From assembly GCA_016212705.1 (NCBI GenBank), contig JACREU010000081.1, positions 19,629 through 83,628 of the forward strand: DNA of 64,000 bases. The letters run 5' to 3'. Positions within the stretch are counted from its first letter, which is position 1, and each line of letters starts with the position of its first letter. The notes below the pieces were generated by a model. That model worked only from the letters and a program-made list of their open reading frames with translations. It did no database searches and had not been told where the DNA came from. Both the position numbers and the translations under genes were made by a program. The DNA is from Deltaproteobacteria bacterium. Its GTDB lineage: Bacteria > Desulfobacterota > GWC2-55-46. This document shows, piece by piece, positions 17,169 through 24,216 of the stretch.

Positions 17169-18764
17169 TTACGCCCTCGCCTTTACCGGGGCCTTCTGTA
17201 TATAGTACTGCTGGGCGATGGAGAGGACGTTGTTCACGAGCCAGTATATGACGAGGCCTGAGGGGAAGCTCAAAAACATGAAGGTGAATATCACAGGCAT
17301 GATGAGCATTATCTTCGCCTGCGCCGGGTCGACGGAGGTCGGCGTCATCTTCTGCTGGAGGAACATCGTAGCGCCCATGATGATAGGCGAGATGTAATAA
17401 GGGTCCTTGTCGGACAAGTCCGTTATCCAGAGGAAGAAGGGCTCGTGCCGGAGCTCTATCGCCACATAGAGGACCTCATAGAGGCCGATGAAGACAGGTA
17501 TCTGGAGTATCATCGGGAGGCACCCGCCGACCGGGTTCACCTTATACCTCTTGTAGAGCTCCATCAGCTCCTTGTTCATCTTCTCCTTGTTGTCCTTGTA
17601 TTTCTCCTTCAGGGCCGCGAGCTGGGGCTGCATGTTCTGGAGCTCCTTCATCGACTTAAGGCTGTGCTTCGTCAGCGGATAGAAGACGACCTTGGTGATG
17701 AAGGTGAGGATGATTATCGCTATGCCGTAATTGCCGACATACCTCTTGAGGAAGTTCAACACCACGAGGAAGGGCTTTGCCAGCGGGCTGAACCAGCCGA
17801 ACTCGATCGCCTCGTCGAGTCCCGCCTTGTATGAAAGGAGGAGGTCGTATTCCTTGGGCCCGATGAAGGTCCTGTACGCTACGGTCTTCGTCTCTCCGGG
17901 AGAGAGCGCGAGTGGGACGGAGACCGTAGCCCTTGACGAAGACGATGAAGAGACCTCCGTAATCCAGTTGAGGGCAACGTCAGGCGGCGGGATTATGGCC
18001 GAGAGGAAGTATTTGCTTTCGAGCCCTATCCAGCGCGGGGGCTCGTTCCCGGACTTCTCCGCTTCGTCGTTGGCCTGCCGGATGAGCTTTCCCTTCGCGG
18101 TGCTCACAATCGGGCCGGTGTGATAGCCGGATGCGTCCTTGCCCGCTACGTTGGCGGAAAGCACCGTCTCCACAGACCCCTGGAACGGGGCGGGCCCCGT
18201 GTTAGCGAAGGTTATCTCGGTATCGACCAGGTAGCTCGAACCCGTAAACCTGTACTTCTTATCTATCTTCAAGCCCTTTGCAAAGCCCGAGTACGCGACC
18301 TCTCCTGCACCCTCGGTGGGAACCGCCACTTTGGACGACGCCGTCTCAAGGACGATGTTTTCCGCTTTCTCCCCGGCCGGCCTTATGAACGTCGAGAGCG
18401 AGCCCATCCTGGCGACTGACTCCGAGAGGTTAACACCCCTTGAAGAGTCTTTTATAGTCGCCTCGTATTCCCTGAGCTCCCACCTCTTAAGACCGCCGCC
18501 GACGCTCGTAAATGTCGCCTTTACAAGCGGGGTCTCGATAGTAGTAAGGGTCTCCTTTACCGGCTTTTCAGGGGTAGCCCTGGGCTCGGCCTTTACGGAA
18601 GGGACCGTGCCCGGGGTTGTCTCGTTTGAAGCGGCCTCGGTCTTCTTTTCAGTTGCCGCTGTCTGGGCCTTGGGCTTCGGCGGGTTTATCCAGTTGACCG
18701 CATAGGGGTAGCCTAACATTACCCCCATTGAAAGGACTATTGCGTAGATGAGCCTCTTGTCCAT
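17169..18764 (-). CDS. yidC: Membrane protein insertase YidC
   Basis: 531 aa with an N-terminal TM, a large periplasmic domain, and a C-terminal 60-kDa-IMP core (PLAKPFLVVLNFL, KMQPQLAALKEKYKDNKEKMNKELMELYKRYKVNP, GCLPMILQIPVF). Confidence 0.93.
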   Translation of the reverse strand: MDKRLIYAIVLSMGVMLGYPYAVNWINPPKPKAQTAATEKKTEAASNETTPGTVPSVKAEPRATPEKPVKETLTTIETPLVKATFTSVGGGLKRWELREYEATIKDSSRGVNLSESVARMGSLSTFIRPAGEKAENIVLETASSKVAVPTEGAGEVAYSGFAKGLKIDKKYRFTGSSYLVDTEITFANTGPAPFQGSVETVLSANVAGKDASGYHTGPIVSTAKGKLIRQANDEAEKSGNEPPRWIGLESKYFLSAIIPPPDVALNWITEVSSSSSSRATVSVPLALSPGETKTVAYRTFIGPKEYDLLLSYKAGLDEAIEFGWFSPLAKPFLVVLNFLKRYVGNYGIAIIILTFITKVVFYPLTKHSLKSMKELQNMQPQLAALKEKYKDNKEKMNKELMELYKRYKVNPVGGCLPMILQIPVFIGLYEVLYVAIELRHEPFFLWITDLSDKDPYYISPIIMGATMFLQQKMTPTSVDPAQAKIMLIMPVIFTFMFLSFPSGLVIYWLVNNVLSIAQQYYIQKAPVKARA

Positions 18765-18776
18765 TTTTGAGCCTTC

Positions 18777-19040
18777 TTAAGCCTTTTCTTTTTTATCCAC
18801 GCCGCGAAGGGCGGCGCTGATGTCGGTTTCCGGCACCGGATCAAAACCTCCGGGGTGGTAAGGGTGGCACCTGAATATTCTTTTAAGGGCAAGGACTGCG
18901 CCGGGGTACGCGCCGTGGCTCTCAATCGCCCTGTACGCGTAATCGGAACATGTAGGATAAAACCTGCAGGAGGGCGGGAGCACGGGCGAGATCGCGCGTT
19001 TGTAAAAAAAGATGAGCCACATGAGCGGCCTTCTGAACAT
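18777..19040 (-). CDS. yidD: Membrane protein insertion efficiency factor YidD
   Basis: 87 aa with [32 protein letters not shown]. Its start overlaps the rnpA stop (TAATG). Confidence 0.88.
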   Translation of the reverse strand: MFRRPLMWLIFFYKRAISPVLPPSCRFYPTCSDYAYRAIESHGAYPGAVLALKRIFRCHPYHPGGFDPVPETDISAALRGVDKKEKA

Positions 19041-19417
19041 TATCGGCCCCGCTCCTTTGCTTCCATTCCCTTTTGCGCGTCCTTGAAAGGGCCGAGAGAC
19101 TTTAACTCCGTTTCCACGTCCTGGAGGCGCTTGAGCCCCTCGGCGCTCCTTACGGCGACGAGTATGTCGGAGGACTCCGGGAAGAAACCCTTATTCAGCC
19201 GGAAAAATTCCCGGATGAGCCTTTTAACCCTGTTCCTGACAACGGCGTTGCCGACCTTTGCGCCGACTGAGAGCCCGAGCCTTCGCCGTCCAAGCCCGTT
19301 ATAAAAGACATGCGCCTGGAGGGACTTTGTCGAATACCTCTTCCCGGATTTACGGGCCCTCGTGAACTCGTCAGGCTTTAAAAGCCTCTCTGCCTTGGAA
19401 AAGGTATATTCTTTCAA
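19040..19417 (-). CDS. rnpA: Ribonuclease P protein component
   Basis: 125 aa and basic. [22 protein letters not shown] and [16 protein letters not shown] are typical RnpA blocks. Confidence 0.88.
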   Translation of the reverse strand: MKEYTFSKAERLLKPDEFTRARKSGKRYSTKSLQAHVFYNGLGRRRLGLSVGAKVGNAVVRNRVKRLIREFFRLNKGFFPESSDILVAVRSAEGLKRLQDVETELKSLGPFKDAQKGMEAKERGR

Positions 19418-19455
19418 TCGCCGCCTTGCGGGCCAGAAGGGTATCTAAAAATACT

Positions 19456-19485
19456 GAGAGAAACTTTTTATAAAAAGTTTCTCTC
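19456..19485. repeat. 30-bp perfect palindrome between rpmH and rnpA (candidate attenuator/terminator)
   Basis: gagagaaacttttta|taaaaagtttctctc. 22 nt of it recur at 3761-3782. Confidence 0.8.
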
Positions 19486-19507
19486 ATGCGCCTTCCCTCT
19501 TCAAGGG

Positions 19508-19660
19508 CTACTTGCTGGTGCTGATGGTGACGCTCAGGCGTTTTCTGCCCTTGGCCCTTCTTCTGTTGATGACGGCCCTGCCGCCTTTAGTCGCCATCCT
19601 CTCAAGGAAGCCGTGGGTCCTGAGTCTTCTTTTTTTGCTCGGCTGAAAGGTCCTTTTCAT
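19508..19660 (-). CDS. rpmH: 50S ribosomal protein L34
   Basis: Not in the ORF track (50 aa). The minus strand translates to [50 protein letters not shown]. Confidence 0.92.
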   Translation of the reverse strand: MKRTFQPSKKRRLRTHGFLERMATKGGRAVINRRRAKGRKRLSVTISTSK

Positions 19661-19826
19661 TGCAGTCCTCTTCTGTGGTATTTGCGTTGGCTGTCAGGAT
19701 AAAAGTGTCTACCCCGTTTTCGGGCATGGTAATCCGAAAACGAAACCGATATTAAGACACAAGGGCCGTATTTATGTCAAGTTTTTTCTAAAAACCGGCG
19801 TCCGTCCCTTTTGGTCCCTTTGCGGA

Positions 19827-20927
19827 TCAGAGCCTCATGGGCATTATGATATAGGTGTAGTCGTCGGACCCTCCGGGCCTCAATATCCCCGGTGAGAGCG
19901 GGTCTTTGAGGTTTATGCGGACCTTCTCATCGTCGAGCGCCTCCAGCATGTCGATAAAGTACCTCGCGTTGAACGCTATCTCGATATCCTCTTCGGAGTA
20001 GTCCATGTCGAGCTCCTCGAGCGCGTCTCCTATATCCGGGCTTGAGGAAGAGAGAACGAGACGGGACTTAAGGAAGCTGAACTTTACCCCCTTTATCTTG
20101 TCTGTCGAGAGGATCGAAACCCTTTTAAGCGACGCCAGCAGGGCCGCCCTTTCGGCGACGGCCATTTTGTCGTTGTCCTTGGGTATAACCTTCTTGTAGT
20201 CCGGGAACTCGCCTTCAAGGAGCCGGACGCTTATGACGGTCGCGTCTTTTTTCATTACCGCGCTCTTTTCCGTTATTCCGAGCAGGAAAGAACCTTCTTT
20301 TTCGTCGAGGAGCTTTCTCATCTCCATGACGCCTTTTCTCGGGAGGAGGACGCCTTCCTTCTGGACGGCGGATTTTAGGTCCTGTTTCTCGATAAAGGCA
20401 AGCCTGTGGCCGTCCGTGGCTACCATCCTTATCTTCGTGTCTTCCTTTTCAAGGAGGAACCCGTTTATATTGTAGCGTGTCTCGTCCGTGGAGACCGCGA
20501 ACGATGTCTTGTCTATCATCTCTTTCAGATTGTCGCAGTCCACGGGTTCAAGCCTTGAGTCGTCTATGGCCGGAAATACCGGAAAGTCCTTTGAGGGCAG
20601 TCCCATGATGCTGAACCTGGCCTTGCCCGCCTTTACGGTCACCCTGTCTTCCTTCGATGTCGAGACGTCCACTTTATCCGACGGCAGTTCCTTTACTATC
20701 TCGAAGAGTTTCCTCGCGTTCACAGTAACTGAGCCGTCTTCAGAGACGTCGGCAGGGGAGGAGTCTTTTATGAAGACCTCAAGGTCCGTCGCCATGATAT
20801 GGAGCCTTCCTTTGGAGGACTCCATAAGGACGTTTGCGAGTATCGGCATGGTATTTCTTTTCTCAACGATACCCTGTATTCTCTGGAGGACCTTTATGAA
20901 TTCAGGCTTGCCGATATTGAACTTCAT
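19827..20927 (-). CDS. dnaN: DNA polymerase III subunit beta
   Basis: 366 aa. MKFNIGKPEFIKVLQRIQGIVEKRNTMPILANVL... ending ...YIIMPMRL, a typical sliding clamp. Confidence 0.95.
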   Translation of the reverse strand: MKFNIGKPEFIKVLQRIQGIVEKRNTMPILANVLMESSKGRLHIMATDLEVFIKDSSPADVSEDGSVTVNARKLFEIVKELPSDKVDVSTSKEDRVTVKAGKARFSIMGLPSKDFPVFPAIDDSRLEPVDCDNLKEMIDKTSFAVSTDETRYNINGFLLEKEDTKIRMVATDGHRLAFIEKQDLKSAVQKEGVLLPRKGVMEMRKLLDEKEGSFLLGITEKSAVMKKDATVISVRLLEGEFPDYKKVIPKDNDKMAVAERAALLASLKRVSILSTDKIKGVKFSFLKSRLVLSSSSPDIGDALEELDMDYSEEDIEIAFNARYFIDMLEALDDEKVRINLKDPLSPGILRPGGSDDYTYIIMPMRL

Positions 20928-20940
20928 CTCGCTCTCCTCT

Positions 20941-21171
20941 GTATCTATTATTTAAATATATTTATTTTAGTAGTAGGTAGTAGGTACCGGTATTTTGTTC
21001 ATAACAGTCATAACGACCCGTATCCGCTCATAAAGGAGGTTTGATAATCTGTTTATAAAAGAGGCCGGTTATCAACACTTTTTTTGCGCGCCGCCGTATT
21101 ATTAAAATCGCCGCCTCTTTGTCAACAGTTCCCAACAGTCTTCCCCGCGTTTGCCAACAGGCATATCAACA
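20941..21171 (+). other. oriC-like module: AT-rich tract plus five same-strand DnaA-box-like 9-mers in the dnaA-dnaN spacer
   Basis: AT-rich tract at 20941-20975. Boxes: TTATCAACA 21069-21077, TTGTCAACA 21119-21127, TTCCCAACA 21129-21137, TTGCCAACA 21151-21159, ATATCAACA 21163-21171. The consensus is TTATCCACA. Confidence 0.55.
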
Positions 21172-21178
21172 GTCACGG

Positions 21179-22528
21179 CTATCTTATGCCGAGCGTGCCT
21201 TTCAGGGCCTTTATCGCCTGTTTGAGCTCAGAGGATTCCGGGACTTCCTTCTCTATTTTCTTGACCGCGTGTATCGCGGTAGAGTGGTCTTTGCCGCCGA
21301 AGGCCGAGCCTATCTCAGGGAACGAGAAAGAGCCGTAGGTGCGCGCTATGAACATCGCTATCTGCCGGGGGAAGGCCACGGTCCTGTGTCTTCTTTTTGA
21401 TTTAAGGTCAGACGGTTTTATATCGTAGTACGCCGCGACCGCCTTTTGTATCTCGTCCATCGTAAGGACCTTTTCCTCTTTTTCCTTGAGGAGGTTCTTT
21501 AAGGCCTCCCTCGCCATGGGGAGGGTTATTTCGAGGTTCGTAAGGCTCGATACCGCGATGATCCGGTTCAGGAAGCCTTCGAGCTCCCTGACGTTGGAGC
21601 CGCTGACGCCCGCGAGCCACGAGGCGACGTCGTCGGGGAGTTTGACGCCTTCGGCCTTTGATTTCTTTCGGAGTATCGCGATCTTGGTCTCCGTGTCCGG
21701 GGGCTGGATGTCGGCGACAAGCCCCCACTCGAACCTCGAGCGGAGCCTCTCTTCGAGCCCGTCTATGTCCTTCGGGAACTTGTCGCTCGTAACGACTATC
21801 TGCTTGTGTCCCTCATATAAGGCGTTAAAGGTGTGAAAGAACTCCTCCTGGGTCCTCTCCTTTCCGGCCCAGAACTGTATGTCGTCTATGAGGAGGACGT
21901 CGACGTTGCGGAACCTGCCCCTGAAGTCGGCCATCTTCTGGCGGCTGACATAGTTTATGAAGTCGTTCATAAACCGCTCTGAGGTGTAATAGCAGACCTT
22001 CGCGGAGGGGTTCGCGAGTGAGACCTTGTGACCGATCGCCTGGAGGAGGTGCGTCTTCCCGAGTCCCACGCACCCGTATATGAAGAGCGGGTTGTACTTG
22101 GACCCGAGCGACCCGGCGACCGCTGAGCACGCCGCGTGCGCGAACTCGTTGGCCTTGCCGATGACGAAGTTTTCGAACGTGTACTTGGGGCTTAAATTCA
22201 GCCCGGCCGGTTTTATCGACTTCGGTTCCTTTGAGGATTTTCTGGAAGATGGAGCGGCGGGGAGGGTCTTTAGCTCCGCCATCTCGTCGCTTACGCGCCA
22301 GGATAAGCTCAGGTCTTTTTTCGAGATGCGGCGCATCACTTCCTGGATGAGCGGCAGGTAGTGCTCTTTTATCCATTCGAGGAAAAAGCGGTTCGGTACC
22401 TCGAGCTCGAGGACTCCCTCAGAGGAGCCGACGACCTTTATTGGGCGGAACCAGGTCGCGAAATGCTGAGGGCTCACATGCTCAACGACGCCGTCGAGGC
22501 AGTTTTTCCAGATAACTTCAGAGTTCAT
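21179..22528 (-). CDS. dnaA: Chromosomal replication initiator protein DnaA
   Basis: 449 aa with an AAA+ core (GCVGLGKTHLLQAIG, LLIDDIQF) and a C-terminal DNA-binding domain (FPRQIAMFIARTYGSFSFPEIGSAFGGKDHSTAIHAVKKI). Confidence 0.96.
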   Translation of the reverse strand: MNSEVIWKNCLDGVVEHVSPQHFATWFRPIKVVGSSEGVLELEVPNRFFLEWIKEHYLPLIQEVMRRISKKDLSLSWRVSDEMAELKTLPAAPSSRKSSKEPKSIKPAGLNLSPKYTFENFVIGKANEFAHAACSAVAGSLGSKYNPLFIYGCVGLGKTHLLQAIGHKVSLANPSAKVCYYTSERFMNDFINYVSRQKMADFRGRFRNVDVLLIDDIQFWAGKERTQEEFFHTFNALYEGHKQIVVTSDKFPKDIDGLEERLRSRFEWGLVADIQPPDTETKIAILRKKSKAEGVKLPDDVASWLAGVSGSNVRELEGFLNRIIAVSSLTNLEITLPMAREALKNLLKEKEEKVLTMDEIQKAVAAYYDIKPSDLKSKRRHRTVAFPRQIAMFIARTYGSFSFPEIGSAFGGKDHSTAIHAVKKIEKEVPESSELKQAIKALKGTLGIR

Positions 22529-22655
22529 TTTAAATTAAAACCGGAGGTTTTTATATGTGGAGCACCGGGGGGGCGTTCAACGGCACGCTGTACGCCGCCG
22601 GGGCCGGGGAAACACCTGCACGGAGCCATGAATAAAGCCTGGTAGTCAAAAGAGA

Positions 22656-22687
22656 TTATTCACAGGGTTATTCACAGATGTTGATAA
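22656..22687. promoter_or_regulatory. Three DnaA-box-like 9-mers upstream of dnaA
   Basis: TTATTCACA at 22656-22664 and 22668-22676. tgttgataa at 22679-22687 is TTATCAACA on the other strand. An AT-rich tract follows at about 22745-22790. Confidence 0.5.
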
Positions 22688-22897
22688 CTCTCAGGACTGC
22701 CGTAGGGCCACACTTTACCAGAGAGAAAAGGTGATTTCAAGGTTTTTAATTATTTTTATTCAGGAGGGATTTTTTATAGATAAAACAAATGGTTACGCAT
22801 GCGAGGCCGGGCCGGAGCTTTGCGCGCCAAAAAAAAATCCGCCTTTGCCGGGCGCGCCCCCTGGGCGCGCGCATTAAGAAAAAAGTCCGCTGACCGG

Positions 22898-24148
22898 CTA
22901 CGGGTACAGTCCTCTTATAGAGACCGCCTCGGCCACCCTTTTTACGCCGAGTACCATCGCCGCGGTCCTCATATCTATCTTCTTCTCGATAGATATGGCG
23001 AGGACCTCTTTGAAGGCCCTTCTCATTATCGTGTTTAATCTCTCGTCTATCTCGTCTTCGTTCCAGAAAAAGCGCTGGAGGTCCTGCACCCATTCGAAAT
23101 AGGAGACGACGACGCCACCGGCGTTGGCGAGGATGCCAGGGAGGACGAAGACGCCCTTTTCATTCAAGACCGCGTCGGCATCGTTCGTTATGGGGTTGTT
23201 CGCGCCCTCTGCGATTATGCGGGTCTTGATTTTCCCGACGTTCGTCATGTTAATCTGACCTTCGAGCGCCGCCGGGATGAGGCAGTCGGACTCGATGGAC
23301 AAGAGCTCGTCAACTGAGAGGTCCTCTCCTTTCTTGTAGCCCTGGACGGTCTCGTACTTTTTTTTGTGCTCGGCGACGGCGTCGATATCGAGCCCCTGCG
23401 GGTTGTACGTGGCGCCCTTGGAGTCGGCTACCGCGATGACCTTCGCGCCGAGGCCGGAGAGGATCCTGGCCGCGTGAAAGCCGACCTTGCCGAAGCCGAG
23501 GACTACAACGGAGAGGCCGTCTAAAGACAACCCGAGGTGCATTAACGCCTCGATTACCGCTGTGACGAGCCCCGATGAAGTCGCCTTGTTCCTGCCGAGC
23601 GAACCCCCTATGGATACGGGCTTTCCGGTCACGACGCCTGGGACCGAATACCCCTTCATCATCGAATACGTGTCCATCATCCAGGCCATCACCTGCTCAT
23701 CCGTATAGACGTCGGGCGCAGGTATGTCGGTCTCGGGCCCTATGATTATGCTGATCTCGTAAGTGTAGCGCCGGGTGAGCCTCTCTATTTCGCCCCTTGA
23801 CATGACGGTCGGGTCGCAGGCGACCCCGCCCTTTGCGCCGCCGAAGGGGATGTCTACGACGGCGCACTTCCACGTCATGAGAGCGGCGAGCGCCGTCACC
23901 TCTTCAAGCGTGACCCTCGGGTGGTAGCGTATACCGCCTTTTGCGGGGCCGCGCGCGAAGTCGTACTGGACCCTGTAGCCCGGGAAGAACTCCACTCTTC
24001 CGCTGTCCATCTGGACCGGGACAGAGACTATGAGCGAGCGTCTCGGGACCCGGAGCCTCTGGTAGATGTTCGGGTGGAGGTGGAGGTGTCTGTTCGCGCT
24101 CTCGAGGTTCGCGAGGACCTCATCAAAAAGGTTTACGTTTGCGGACAT
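22898..24148 (-). CDS. gdhA: NAD(P)-specific glutamate dehydrogenase (Glu/Leu/Phe/Val dehydrogenase family)
   Basis: GPAKGGIRYHP, the catalytic-Lys region GGAKGG, and the Rossmann motif VLGFGKVG. The track ORF starts at 24214. An ATG at 24148 preceded by GGAGGG gives a family-typical N-terminus (MSANVNLFDEVL...). Confidence 0.9.
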   Translation of the reverse strand: MSANVNLFDEVLANLESANRHLHLHPNIYQRLRVPRRSLIVSVPVQMDSGRVEFFPGYRVQYDFARGPAKGGIRYHPRVTLEEVTALAALMTWKCAVVDIPFGGAKGGVACDPTVMSRGEIERLTRRYTYEISIIIGPETDIPAPDVYTDEQVMAWMMDTYSMMKGYSVPGVVTGKPVSIGGSLGRNKATSSGLVTAVIEALMHLGLSLDGLSVVVLGFGKVGFHAARILSGLGAKVIAVADSKGATYNPQGLDIDAVAEHKKKYETVQGYKKGEDLSVDELLSIESDCLIPAALEGQINMTNVGKIKTRIIAEGANNPITNDADAVLNEKGVFVLPGILANAGGVVVSYFEWVQDLQRFFWNEDEIDERLNTIMRRAFKEVLAISIEKKIDMRTAAMVLGVKRVAEAVSIRGLYP

Positions 24149-24216
24149 GGACCCTCCGGAAGTTTTTTTGTGTGCGGGCCCTGTCAAGCTCCGCCCTTCC
24201 TTGATTTCAGACAAAA

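Noticed and set aside
21084-21400. 84- and 93-aa plus-strand ORFs over the dnaA 3' end and the DnaA-box cluster.
   Set aside because: They overlap dnaA antisense and the box cluster. They have no RBS and an off-frame composition.
24149-24214. A 22-codon N-terminal extension of gdh.
   Set aside because: It cannot be excluded, but ATG 24148 has a GGAGGG RBS and gives the family-typical length and N-terminus. The extension (MSEIKEGRSLTGPAHKKTSGGS) is low-complexity.
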